Below are positions 25,931 through 38,572 of a DNA stretch of 64,000 bases, one piece after another (the stretch's first letter is position 1; each line of letters opens with the position of its first letter). The notes under the pieces were generated by a model. It worked only from the letters and a program-made list of their open reading frames with translations. It did no database searches and was not told where the DNA came from. Made by a program: the position numbers and the translations under genes. The DNA lies in assembly GCA_002633005.1 (NCBI GenBank), contig NMRA01000904.1, positions 1 to 64,000 of the forward strand, written 5' to 3'. The stretch comes from Phoronis australis (Eukaryota; Animalia; Phoronida).

Positions 25931-26234
25931 CCATGTCCTGTAGTGGCTTGGCCTCGTCAAACTCTGAACAGCACAAGCATTCCATTGAGGTAGGCATAAC
26001 AATGCACACAGTGCATTTGCACCAAGATGTGTCACCACGTCTATCCTCAGTAGCCACCTCGTTTCTCTCAACAGTTGTCTGTGCCTGTGCGTACTCTGCC
26101 TCGTTATACTCGGGCTCAAACATGTACCCACCCACTGAATGTCCGTGAAAAAATTCCTCGTCACCACTGCTGTGAACAAGGTCTCCGTTACTCACACTAC
26201 TGTCACTGTGGTACGGGTCACCGACTCCAGCCAT
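25930..26234 (-). pseudogene. KolX (P2X7 C-terminal ballast-like Cys-rich protein) N-terminus, truncated
   Basis: Acidic N-terminus, GYMFEPEY...RRGDTSWCKCTVCIVMPTSMECLCCSE. Confidence 0.85.
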
Positions 26235-27041
26235 TTTCAGCTTACAACACAATAAACAATCCCTAAATCCAACGTAGTTGAGTTCTCTACTAACCTATCT
26301 TGCCGCAGAATACTCGCCGATGGAAAGTAGTGGCCACAATTGTTGAAAAGCTGCACAAAACAAAAGTAGAATAGAACAGATTCGCACGGTAAAGTCAACG
26401 CAAAACCAAGTTGCGGGAAACGCTTGCCTCCTAAAACGTCACTTCCGGAGTAGCGGACGAGTAATTTATAAAATTACGAAAAGCTGAATTAAGTGGAAAA
26501 TATGTCTAGGATAACCAACCAACCTTATTTTAGCTCAAAATGACATGGAAAAAGGTTGCCTTCGCCTTTAAATACCCGTGAATGCGTGTGGGAAATTGCG
26601 ATTTCGTGCGCTGAAGTCGATATTTTCAAAGTACAATTACATCACTTTTTAAGGTTGCAAAGTGAGTTTTTCGATATCTTTCTATAGAAAAAGTTTAACT
26701 CTCTCTGATTAAATCATCTGTTTTCGTTTAAATGAAACTTAACTCCTTAAATTAGTCTGGGGAAGGAGACCAAAAACGGCGGTTTAGCTAGTTGTCCCTT
26801 CCTGGTTATCTCTTCCTGGTTTTACCCAGGTACCCATTCTTCCCATGCTGACTCATGGGCATATGCAGACAGACGCTAGAATAAGAACATGGGTGTTACT
26901 TAGTGCAATACACTGATTGCACGACTGTGCGAAGCGCGTGGGCCAAGTAGTGCGTGCCCACCAATAACGTGAAGTGCCGGGGGCGGATTGTGGTGTCAAC
27001 GGCAGGGACGGGTAACGGGCTGTTTCCAAAAGAACTTATCT

Positions 27042-27297
27042 ATGCGCGCACCCAGCTTAAAAAATGGGGGGCTCGAATTTTTGAGAATGTGGGTATTTTA
27101 ATAAGATTCACAGGGTACGCTCAGGTCTTTGAATTGTGCATTCGCCGAAGTTTGGTAGTTCCTGCCTTATCAGTGGACTTTCATCTCGTTTACTACATTT
27201 TTCGAAGTTTTTGTTTTTCAGAGGCGGACCTCTTTGCCCACTTCGCCAAATGATGGGGCTCGATCGAGCCCCCGGGTCTTCCCTGGGTGCACGCATT
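27042..27297. mobile_element. MITE, related to 12820-13010 and 49337-49583
   Basis: Inverted ends ATGCGCGCACCCA / TGGGTGCACGCAT; shared GGGGGGCTCGAATT motif; no clean TSD. Confidence 0.55.
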
Positions 27298-28315
27298 TAC
27301 ATTGTAGTTTCTTCCACAGACCAGCAAAAGTGTGCTACATCTGTGTGACATCTGTCCAACCAATCAATACATCAGGGAGTAGACATTTATGATCGACATA
27401 TGTCCAGAGGTTACAATAACAAAGAAATTCGCATAAGAACACGTGACAATCATTAGCCGATGAGAGCCAAGAGCTGACCAAACTCGAGGCACATGATAAA
27501 AACAGACCAATAAGAAGGCTGGGTAAACGACGTGTAGTCCTACACAAAGGAAAAATGGAATAGACCGAAATGAGGAGGAAAGAAGTAAGACGGGTCGGCA
27601 TCTATTGTAAAACGTGGATTAGACCAAAGAAATTCAACCCCATTTCGAAGATAATATGTCTGTTGTCGGCGAGAGGTTGAACATATAGCCCTTGTTTATA
27701 CGTATAGTACGGACATTATCACTTTGAAAGATCAATGCTTGGGGATGGTGACGGGGTGCTGTGGCGTGAAAGTTACTGACATGGTAAGTTTTTGAACCTG
27801 ACTTATTAAATTTTCAGTTCGGTCGTATTTTATTTTGATCCTGAAGTGAAGAATTTTTGGTCCTCACTTGATAAATTATAGGTGCTGATGTGATAAATTT
27901 TCAGTCTTGACGTGGTGAATTTGGTCTTTATTTGCTCTTTGGTCTTCTGTGTGAATCTCAATTTATTGGATTTTTTTATTTCCTGCTTAAGTAAAATGTC
28001 TGGTTTTGAGATATTTATTTTTGGTCCTGGAGAGTTTGCATGTTTTGCTTGGTTTTAATCTTGCATAGAAAAGATATGTCGTTAAATGTTTCAAATTAGG
28101 CCTCCCATAAATGGGGGGAGAGCAGGTTGTGTAGCATCGTACTATGTAACTTCTAATATAAATCTAGGTGTTCGTGATTTAGTAATACTATGAAAAATGA
28201 GTAGTTATGACTATGAAAAATGANNNNNNNNNNNNNNNNNNNNNNNNNNNNNNNNNNNNNNNNNNNNNNNNNNNNNNNNNNNNNNNNNNNNNNNNNNNNN
28301 NNNNNNNNNNNNNNN

Positions 28316-29943
28316 NTGTTTACTAAATTAAATATACAAATTTGCGCCATTGTGGGTAAAAACGTAAAAACTGACCGAATAAAATCTTCCTAGAGTAATT
28401 TAAATTATTTACCAGCTTTGCAAAAAATGGTTTTCTACAATTATTCTGCTGCTAAAGTTATGGTGTGATCTTATGCGTCGACTTTCGACCCAATGAAATA
28501 TTGCGTCACCTTTTAGCCAGTTTCTTTTTCCCAGATTCTTCAATCAAACGTTCTCCCTCGAGGTTGCGTAAACGTCTCAACAAATGATCTGAATTGGTTT
28601 CACTTCATTATATGTTTTTGGAATTTTGATATCAGTGAACCGAATTTTAGAACAAATTTTGCTGAGATGTTGTCATCATCTAATGGGAGATGTTGAAAAC
28701 ATTTTGGAAGTGGTGCGTGTCACAATGAACTTTCTTCAAAACGACGATATACGTTTTTTCGTTAAAAAAGGCATAGAATTACGCAAGAAGATGACGTAGG
28801 ATGTTTCTCACTTAAGCGGCCGTAACGGGCAACTTGAATGCCGATAGACTTCCAGATTTTGCATGCACACCCGCCGGTCTTGAGCTCATGTTGATACAAG
28901 CTTTTCGACGAGGTGACAAGCGTAACTATCCGGGCTGTGTGAAGTATCGAGGTCTGTTTGGTCTCAATAAGCAGTGGCACCTTGCTGTATTTTGAAAATA
29001 GTCTTCATGCAACTAGCTGGCTAGATAGGAAGGCTCTAGTTTCGAAAAGATTTTTTACTGCAAAAGTGACAATTTCTGAATGATGATGGATGATGGATGA
29101 CACTATAAACCGATCAGTCTCCCGTTTTCATGCGCCCATGATTTAATATCGGCGCTATCATGTTCAAACCATTGTTTATGTTGTTCCTAAAATAAAGTTG
29201 GGTTCTATTGCTGTACCAACATATTAAGAAATTATACAGAAATAAGCAACAATTATCTGTGGTAAATCGCAATATACAGCGTGATGAAGTGATCATCAAG
29301 AGCAATACGGATGAGCGCAAATGCGTGATGCTTCTTGAGCATTCCGCTGCATGAAAACACTTGAGGTCGTGTATTGAGTGTTGTTTTCTGATTGTTATGC
29401 AATTTTACTGTAAATTTCAAATTTTGTGCTTGTTTTTGTGCAAAATGTACTGTATAAAAAGTCTCATATTTAAATTTAGAAATTATGCTTCCGCGATATC
29501 ACTTAACCTTTGATTTTACCATGCCGTCATTAATTCAACATAAAGTTTTAGGCTGGTGTCTGGTGTAATGTCACGCACTTCGTATTTGTTGGTTGATTCG
29601 ATTATATTTCCTTTCAATAGTTGAACAAAAGTTGATAAACCGATGTCAAAGACCTGAGTTGCCAGTGGTGAACGAACAGCGAACAGTTAAATGTTTGTTT
29701 GGCCAAAGTTCACCCGCTAAGTCATAAAATGGTAATTGCCGACCAAGGACACGCTTAATCCGAATTGGTCGTCTACGCTAGGCGACCACTTAGCCGACCC
29801 AAGTGCCGACCACAGAGGCGACTCAGTAGACGGCTCCTAGCCGACCGTTGTTGGTCGGCTGCTGGTCGGCTAGACGACCGGTCGACGGCCGGTCGTCGAC
29901 CAATTTCCGACCGGTCGGCCAAAAATTCGTGATGTGTGCTGTA
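28316..29943 (+). repeat. Duplicated 1.5-kb segment, copy 1 (9-bp-TSD element plus CACTA-like end with CCGAC repeats)
   Basis: Colinear with 31358-32823; both end AAAAATTCGTGATGTGTGCTGTA. Confidence 0.85.
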
Positions 29944-30610
29944 CGCTGGGTCAGGGCCCATGTGGGAATCGATGGCAATGAGAATGCAGACAGACTCGCA
30001 AAGATAGGAGCAAGCATTCTGCATTTTGTGCCTGAACCTGCTATCGCGGTATCTTACGGATGTTGCAGGATGAGTATACGCAACTGGGCACATACCCAGT
30101 CAGCAGCCCAGTGGGCATCACTGACTTAACTCCTGCAGAGAGACCAAGGAGAATTTTCCCAACGTGATCGAACCAAAAGGTTCAAAAAGCCTGCTGAGTC
30201 TAGATAGATTGGGTATAAGACACGTCATTCAAATTTTAACGGGCCACTGCAACCTAGCCCGACACAGACACATTACTGGGCATATGGGGAGCTCTGTGTG
30301 TCCTGAGTGTGGCACTGACGTAGAATCGCCTAAACACCTGGTAGAGTCTTGCCCAGCTTTTTATAGGCTAAGGAGCAACCTACTGGATGGCACTGTTACA
30401 TGCCTACAACATATAGTGCATGGCAACAAATGGAAACGTCTGTCCGTTTTCCTAAAGGAGACTGGCAGACTTGAAAACTTTCTTCGCGAGGAGCCATAAT
30501 TGGGGTCTCGTGCCATTGCTCAGGTGTTTTGTGCAATGGGTCCAACCAAGAGGCCTGCGCACGTCTGATGCACCGCAAATGACATCAGACCACCTGCACT
30601 GTTTTTTTTT
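29944..30610 (+). mobile_element. 3' end of an RNase H-bearing LINE (I/Loa/R1 group)
   Basis: WVRAHVGIDGNENADRLAK (RNase H), then ILTGHCNLARH...CPECGTDVESPKHLVESCPAF (C-terminal CCHC); stop/frameshift near 30130. Confidence 0.85.
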
Positions 30611-31340
30611 TATATGCCTGGTGAAGATGTAACCCTTATTATCCTCTATGGCTTAACAACTATTATCTTCATTCATGCCTGTAATAGAGGTACTCCCATG
30701 ATCATCAAGCATTTGTATTTTTTATTCTAATCAGGTGTGCTTCGAATTTACAGTTAGTAATCATACTTTTGCAGTGGTTCATAACAAACGGATTCATTAA
30801 ACCCAGTAAATATTTTTTGCAACTGCCGATCTGCCTATTAGGCATGCATATTGCATCCATCATACCTCATCACAGTAAAACTTGTTATCACTCATAGTAG
30901 AAACTATTACTTTTATCATTGGCACAAGGGGTTAACAAAATCAGTCAGTGTTTGTAACTGTTGTGTCTACATTGCTGATGAATTAAAGTCCTTCAAAATC
31001 AATTTTTATAACACTGATTCATGCCAAGGGTTTGAAATTGCGCCCCCTTAAGAGTTTTGACTTGCTCTGGTGATCAGTAAAACAGATGCCATAAACTTAT
31101 ACACGTTGTTTTTTTAACCTGCGTCATAGAGCTGAAAAGTGTGTGCGTTTTCGTTTGCGAGAGTTTTTTCTTGAATCACTGGATTAATCATTTTTACACT
31201 CTACATGAAAACACAAACTACCTTCATTAGGATTACATGTACTGAGTTACCCCGAAAATATTATTTTCAAACTTTTACCTTTTGGAGTAGACGTGGAACG
31301 CCAAGTATTGTGTTCTTACTCCAAAGGGAGCGGAAGGCTC

Positions 31341-32008
31341 TAGCCTTGGTGCGAAGCTGTTTACTAAATTAAATATACAACTTTGTGGGTAAAAGCTGAC
31401 CAAATAAAATCTTCCTTGAGTAATCTAAGTTATTTACTGGCATTGCAAAAATTGGTTTTCTACAGTTATTCTGCTGCTAAAATTGTGGAGTGATCGTTTG
31501 CGACGACTTTCGGTGCAATGAAATATTGCGTCAGCTATTAGCCAGTTTCTTTTTCCTAGATCAAACGGTCTCCCTCGAGGTCGTAAACGTCACAACAAAT
31601 GATCAGAATTGTTCACGCTTCATTATATGTTTTTGGAATTTTGATATCACTAATTTTGCTACGATGTTGTCATCATCTAATGGAAGATGTCGAAAAAATT
31701 TTGGAAGAGACGCGTGTCACGAATGTACACATTTCTTTGTTACAAAAGGCAGAGAATTACGCAAGAAAATGACGTTGGATGTTTTTCGTTTAAACGGCCG
31801 TAACGGGCAAGGTGAATGTCAATTGACTTCCAGATTTTGCATGCACACCCGCCGGTCTTTAGCTTATGTTGATACATTAAAGCTTCACGACGAGGTGACA
31901 ACGTAACTATCCGGGCTGTGTGCAATTTCGAGGAGTGTCGGAGGTCAATACACAGTGGCACGTTGCTGTACTTTGACGATAGTCTTCATACAGTTAGATG
32001 GCTAGATA
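31341..32008 (+). mobile_element. Non-autonomous TAGC... DNA transposon with 9-bp TSD (AcademH-like)
   Basis: TSD GGAAGGCTC at 31332-31340 and 32009-32017; same family as 15408-16063. Confidence 0.8.
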
Positions 32009-32823
32009 GGAAGGCTCTAGCTTCGAAACAATTTTTTACTGCGAAAGTGACAACAAATTCAGAATGATGATGGATCATTGATGACACTATAACCGATCAC
32101 ATTCTTCCGTTTTCATGCGCCCTGCATGATCTCAATATCGGCGCTATGTTCAAACCATTGTTTATGTTGTTCCTATAACAAACTTCTATTCTATTGCTGT
32201 ACCAACACATTAAGAAATTATACAAAAATAAACAATAGTTATCTGTGGTAAAGCGCAATATACAACGTGATGAAGTGCCTGAGCAATAACGATGAGCACA
32301 AATGCGTGCTGCTTGTTGAGCATTCCGCGGCACGAAAACACTTGAGGTCGTAAAACATCCGGTGTTGTTTTCTGATTTCTATGCAATTTTACTGTAAAAT
32401 ATCAAATTTCCTGCTCGATTTTATGCATAATGTACTGTATTAAAAAGTCTCATATCTAGAGATAGAAATTATGGTTCCGCGATATCACTAACGTTTGATT
32501 TTACCACGCCGTCGGTAATTCAACATAAAGTTTACGTTGCTGTATTGTCAGGCACTTCGTTTTTGTAGGTTTATTCGATTTTACCACCTCTCAATAGTTG
32601 AATAAAAGTTGATAAACCGCCACTGGTGAGAGAACAGCGAACAGTTAAATGTTTGTTTGGCCAAAGTTCACCCGCTAAGTCATAAAATGGTAATTGCCGA
32701 CCAAGGACACGTTTAGTCCGAATTGGTCGTCTGTGCTAGGCGACCACTTTGCCGACCGCAGAGGCGACTCAGCAGACAGCTCGACTAAATTCCGACCAAC
32801 AAAAATTCGTGATGTGTGCTGTA
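31358..32823 (+). repeat. Duplicated 1.5-kb segment, copy 2
   Basis: Colinear with 28316-29943. Confidence 0.85.
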
Positions 32824-33388
32824 CTATTATCTTTCAACATTGACGTCAATTTTGCATTAGCAGATAACAGAATGAGGATTGGTTGCAATCATAAATCAGG
32901 GTTTAGTAAGCTTTAAAGGTATTAGAAAAGTCGGCGAAAAAAATAATTAACGAACACAATGAAATTCTTAAATATTTATTGTTTTTACAATCATAATCCT
33001 AACACGCTTGCTTTTATAGTCACATGTCAACACAAGTAAATAAATATGCTTTTAAAAAACACATTCCAAAAGGTGAAGGCAGGCCAGCCTCACTCGAAAC
33101 ATCGCAAATATGCCCAACTGGTCGTAAAAGAACGCCGTCGGCATTATCTCTATTGATACAATTTATGGAAATTGCCTGGGTAACAAATCCTGTTCTCAAA
33201 TTGGTTCCCAAGTCAGCCTTCACTTGTGATTGCACTTGTGTTGAGAAGTTGACTTGCCTAAAATATATAAATACTCTTAATTAACTTCCTGCAAGCAATG
33301 TTGAAATAATATAATAGACATCAAGCCAGTCAAGGTAGGTAGGTGGCGCCAAGTTTTTTGACTATATCACGGAACGGTTCGCACAAAT

Positions 33389-33468
33389 CATGGGCGGCAC
33401 ACCATATGGGGATGGGGGGGGGGGGGGCGTTNCTATAGCCCTCCTTTTTTCGTGCTGCGCCACCCATG
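33389..33468. repeat. Short CATGGG...CCCATG MITE family, also at ~18638-18750, ~45165-45231, ~58850-58976
   Basis: Shared GCGCAGCACTGAAAA(A)GTGGGGCTATAG core and poly-G/C tract. Confidence 0.6.
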
Positions 33469-33899
33469 TAGGCATATTTCGTGGAAAGTGACTTAAGTTT
33501 TAAGCATGGCCGTTTGATTTACTCACCCAAAGTTACTGAATAAAATTGGTTGCCGTTTGGAAATAAATTGTGCAAATCATCCGAGAAGCTAGCAGTTATG
33601 GGTCTATTTTCAGACCCTTAATTGTCCTTAAGCTGCGGTGAGCTAAAATTATTTTCAGAAATAATTGTGTGGTACATGTATGTCAGATGATAATTTTGAC
33701 AAAAGCCTAAACATATGTACCAAATGATTTTTTAAGACTGTTCCCGGGATCGTCTTGCACCCGTATTCTGGCAAATCGCGCACTAATTCTTGAGAGACTA
33801 TTTGGACTTATTACCCTAACGTGGTACCGTACAAAGGTCCAACAACTTAACATTATATTCGAAATGACAGCTGTACGCTTCTTCAAAGTTCATCTTTGT

Positions 33900-35680
33900 C
33901 AAATCTCAACGCACACACCAACATAACTGCATACCATCAGCCAGCAACTTTACGTACATGACAGACTCGGTGTTAGCTTGAACTCCGGCATATACGTACA
34001 ATGAAGGACAGCAGAACTCAAAATTAACACGCAATTTACGTGGTCGAGATCGAGACACGCTATCTGGACTTCGATCTCTTAACAATCTTCGCGGAATCTT
34101 CCTTTCCTGAATTTGAGTGCCTACATATGTCAAACAGGCAAATGGTCTTTTAGCGTATTAGTCTCTTTTCTCTTTTTGGTTTATTAATGACCTTTCTGAT
34201 AACGTGTCATGTAGCACGTGACTTTATGCAGATGACTCGACACTTGTTTATCCTTCTTCAAGAGGCAGCCCAGAGAGTTTTTTGCATCTACACCAACGAC
34301 TTCATAATTCTCTCTTTTATACAGACCCATCCTACGTCCTCATTTGAATCTAATGATGAAATAATTCCTAGAAAACAGTCGCACAGACATTTTGGTATAG
34401 TGTTAGACGAAAAACGTTCCTTCACACCTCACGGTTGGGACCTCATACAAAAATCATAAACTTTTTAATAAGTAAGTAATCCTCTAAAGCTTGTCTATCA
34501 CCATCTTAATTCTAAACATTTAGTAGTCCTGTTCAAATCCTTTATACTTCCACATATCGATTATTCTGATTTTATATACCAGTCTGCCAACACTGGTGTG
34601 CACCAGCAATTAGAGAAATTACATTATCAAGCTGCTTTACACAAAACTGAGCATTACAGGGTATTCCATAGTGTCAAGGTGTTGAAGAGTATCAAGTGGC
34701 CCAAACTGTCTGATCGACGCAATGTTCACATGACCACTTGTACTTTCAAAGCACTAAACAATGTAGACATTGCTTCTGTTAATCAATATACTAGACAAGG
34801 CAATGGTACCCGTTTGAGATTTGCCGTTTGTGAAATTCCTCCTTCGTTCAGTCAGGAGCGTGCTGTGCGCTCCTGCGATTGAAAGTATTGGAGTCCTTTT
34901 TTATTGCATTTGAGGAAGCTATTTTGAATGAGCAGCAAACAGGGTCACACCGCAAGCTACATTTGTTTGCGTGACCTTCCTGTTACCCCCTACATTTGTC
35001 ATTCTTTGAAGTATTCCACACCCGCGGTGTCCCACTGTGTTTGTTACTGGCTTTTGCTCTGTGGTCGTAGTACTGGCTCATCCCACTAGAAACTGAAGCC
35101 AGAATGTTTCGAAATACCGTGTCTTTTAATCATGCCTCTTGGTCAGTTACTTTATCAATTTTCTGTTGAATGTTGAACTTTGTTCCGAGGATTCGAACAG
35201 AATGGAATAACAATTGTCAATAACGGAAGACGTGCTCCCCAAGCACAGCGAATTCACCAATATTTAAAAAAGCTTTAAAACTGTTTCGCAATTTTGACAT
35301 CTCAGTATCTCTGACACAATTCTCGTTGCCTCACCGAAAACAACAAAGCACTGTACCGATCGAGATGCAGTCTTCCTCAACACTAACAAGTTCGGGGACT
35401 ACTTTAGTAATGTCACTACTAACTGAAAATGTGGCGACCATCAATCTTAACGTCATATTTTTTCAATTGTTCCCTAATCGAATGCTAGAGGAACTTTCTC
35501 TTTTTGCACTCGGTGAAAACCATTTAATTGAAAATGCTCTCAATTCTTGTAATGATATTTCTACTTATTAAAGTTACATTATTCTTAAATGGTAGTCTAA
35601 ACTTCGAAGTTTTTCTCAATGAATTCCTCTTAAAAGCAGTAACTTTTTATGCATCGTATATAAATTTTGTGGCATCTGGT
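33900..35680 (+). mobile_element. Degenerate CR1/L2-like LINE ORF2 (RT and C-terminus), possibly interrupted at ~34850-35190
   Basis: FINDL..YADDS, HRHFGIVLDEK, LFKSFILPHIDYSDFIY, LEKLHYQAA, IKWPKLSDRR, KCGDHQS*RHIFFNCS. Confidence 0.75.
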
Positions 35681-38572
35681 GTCCGTATCTGAGCAATCAT
35701 TGTTTTAATATTTGTTATAGCATATCTAAGAAATTTTTTTTACGCTTATAGTAGGTACTATTTATATAGTTGTATGTGTACTACTTTCATCTATGTACTG
35801 TCTACAATCCAGATACACTGTACATGTATAATGCTTTGCAATTTCTGGGTTTGTCGTAATTTTCCTTGTATGTTCTGTATATTCTTCATTAAATATATAT
35901 TACCCTAAAATGGTTTTAAGCTGATTGCATGATTTGTCAAGAATGATCGTATATTCTCACATAGTGTTAGCCAGCATCCAGGTTACTAGAAATTTTGAAA
36001 ATATAAGTGTTATCAAATATATATAACCAAATTGATACATCATAATTCACAATATATCAAAGTTAATGTACAGCAAATCGATTAGTATTTCTGATTACTT
36101 ATAATTTTGCTTTCTGTTGACAGCCTCAGTCGACTGATTGAAAGCACAAGCTCGTGTAGTTTAACTTTGAGGCCTCATCATAATCCTGGCCAACACCCAA
36201 TAGAACGCAGTATGATGTATAACCACCAACATATTGTGAAATGTTAACCCCACTTTCATTGCCGTTGATTCGGTGTTTTTCCTATTACAAACCAAATTCT
36301 CCTGAACACAAATGACGCTATTTTCCACGGCATAAGTCATGCGTAAAGGGGGTGATTTCCAAAACTTCAAAGTGTTTTTGATGGGTGTGGTGTATGAACA
36401 GTGAATGATTTGACTTTTGTCCATTTTAAGTGGTCTCACCAAGAGAAAACTTCCAATTTACTCTGAGGGATATTTTTTTCTGTGGCAGTGCTGTGCCTAA
36501 TGACCACAGGGATTTTTTACAAAACAAGACGACAAAAAATGCGTGTGTTATTGCCTGAAAAGGTCGGCGTCACGTTAAAATTATTTTGTAACCAGTCCAA
36601 GGTGAACATCCTGGCAATCTACTTATTGCAGCTTTGTTTACCAACTCATAAACAATTCTTGTTGCTTTACAGAGAGAATTACGGTTAGACATCGTCTATT
36701 GTCTAGCAGATGTTAGGCATAGTGGCTACGTTTAGTGGGTGGCCATGGAGTGCACATATTACGATCTACTGACATCTTTACATTAAATGATAATCCACGG
36801 AACCTTCGTTCAGATGTGGTATGTATTTGTTATATGGAATGTTGTCCACTACATGCCCATGGACTTTAATGCAGCCTATAGTATACTCTTAGCAGAACAG
36901 ATAGCCAAGGTGAGGACTGAAGCAAGATTTAGTTAAAAGCGGGGATTTGATGACAACATTAGCGGAAAAGCAGCAAAACAACTAAAATCTTACAGCATTT
37001 TTAAATATGCGCGTCAACCGAAAATTTCATAAAACAACAGAACTAAGGTTCATGTATACAGTGCCCTCCTTACCTTAAACTTTCGAAATCCATGCTGAAA
37101 TGTACGTTGTTTGCAATTGTAGTAAAGCAATTCTATTGATCAATCATGACCATGAAAATTAAAGAAGAAATCACGAAAACGAAAGCACACTAGAGAGTGG
37201 ACATAGGGTGAAATAGAATGAAACACTTAGAGGTCGACAACGATTGCAACAACACTAACGACCTCGGCAACCTTGACACCAATGGAACGTACCATCAAAA
37301 ATACATTGATGATTCAATTAATGAAAGGTAATCGTCAAATCAGAAAACCTCGAATAACTCGAGAGTTTATCTAGAAATCGATGACGCACTCCAGATATAT
37401 CTGCATACAAAACTTCAGAAAATGACTTCCATGGATCGAGGACATCTAGAATTCCACAATGAATTATTCGAAAGATGGACGGCACAGAGCCACCATGCGT
37501 TGGATTTCTACCAAAACAATAGGCCTGGAACATTTTATGAGATACACAATGTGTTTTATTCCACAACGATCAAACACTAAGAAATGGCACCTTATCGTAG
37601 AACGAGTATGGTAGACCAACAAATGTACAGCTAGGAATTAATCAAAAGTAACCATTCTTTTTTCTGAGTACATTGTATTTAATCTCGACCAATGTGCTAT
37701 ATGTATGACATGAGAAACGAATCAAGTAAACAGAAGCCATTGGATAAAATCGAATAACTGGAAAACAATAGGTTGCAGCGATCAACGGAAAACATACACT
37801 GGACAGCTGTTCACAAGTCCATCCACACATCAAATTCCACAAATAATCATTCAAGAAGGGTAGAGACATGGCTCCGAAAAATCGAAAAATCGCAACTGCT
37901 GTATCATGTGTCGCCGATTTCAAGACTGGTAGCCTACAACAGCTGTACGACGGTAAGGGTTTAAAACAGTAGCGTGTGAAGTTTGGTAATCCCCACGGCA
38001 ACTTTTTAGTGGATGCATCTCTCTCCCTCTCTCTCTCTACTCAAATGCATGTGCAATAGAATAAAGTAAAAAAGATGAAACATGAAATAGAAACCTTATA
38101 CAATGAACTACAAATCAGTAACAATTTTAAAAAAAATGATTTCTATTAATGATGTGGATACCCGGGCTGTCGCCCCCCCCCCCTTCTACATGTATACTGG
38201 TCTCAAAGGAAAGCATTGCCACAATATCTCAAAAGTCACCTGTTCGGAACACCTCAGTTGTATTCTGTACTCAATAACATTACGGGTTACGTGGGTGAAT
38301 GTCTTATCCTAGATTGCACATGTCGTTCACAACATTAGCGATATCACTTCGAGTTTAAAAAGTTTGCAGTTCGCACATAGATGTCATCAAGCGCTAACTT
38401 GGACAAATCAATCGTCTGCGTAAAACATCATACATTTGAATGTATAGTGGAGAGCGGAAAATAAGGACAGGAACTCTCAAAAATAAATTCGAGTTCGATT
38501 TCGAATATCGAGATTATACCTGCGACATGATACACTGGGTTGCAAAAGTCTGTCATCACAGGCCAATCCCTG

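Larger units (their letters stand above)
24875..26567. mobile_element. Kolobok internal-deletion derivative nested in the P element
   Basis: TTAA TSD (24871-24874, 26568-26571); near-perfect TIR of ~155 bp starting AGGCGAAGGCAACC; convergent THAP-transposase and KolX 5' halves. Confidence 0.9.
17175..26818 (+). mobile_element. 9.6-kb P-superfamily DNA transposon (non-autonomous, cargo-bearing)
   Basis: Perfect 29-bp TIR CAGGAAGAGATAACCAGGAAGGGACAACT (17175-17203, 26790-26818); 7-bp TSD GTTTTAC (17168-17174, 26819-26825); CA...TG ends; internal transposase-like remnant. Confidence 0.8.

Noticed and set aside
25315-26148. 277-aa ORF as an intact gene
   Set aside because: Starts mid-THAP after a frameshift, and its last ~70 codons are the antisense of KolX
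17170-26823. 5-bp TSD (Transib/RAG-like) reading of the large element
   Set aside because: Placing the ends at CA...TG gives a longer exact 7-bp TSD; no CAC terminus
34850-35190. Possible Penelope 3' end with hammerhead-like CTGAAG...CGAAA
   Set aside because: No stem II pairing and only a vague GIY-YIG resemblance
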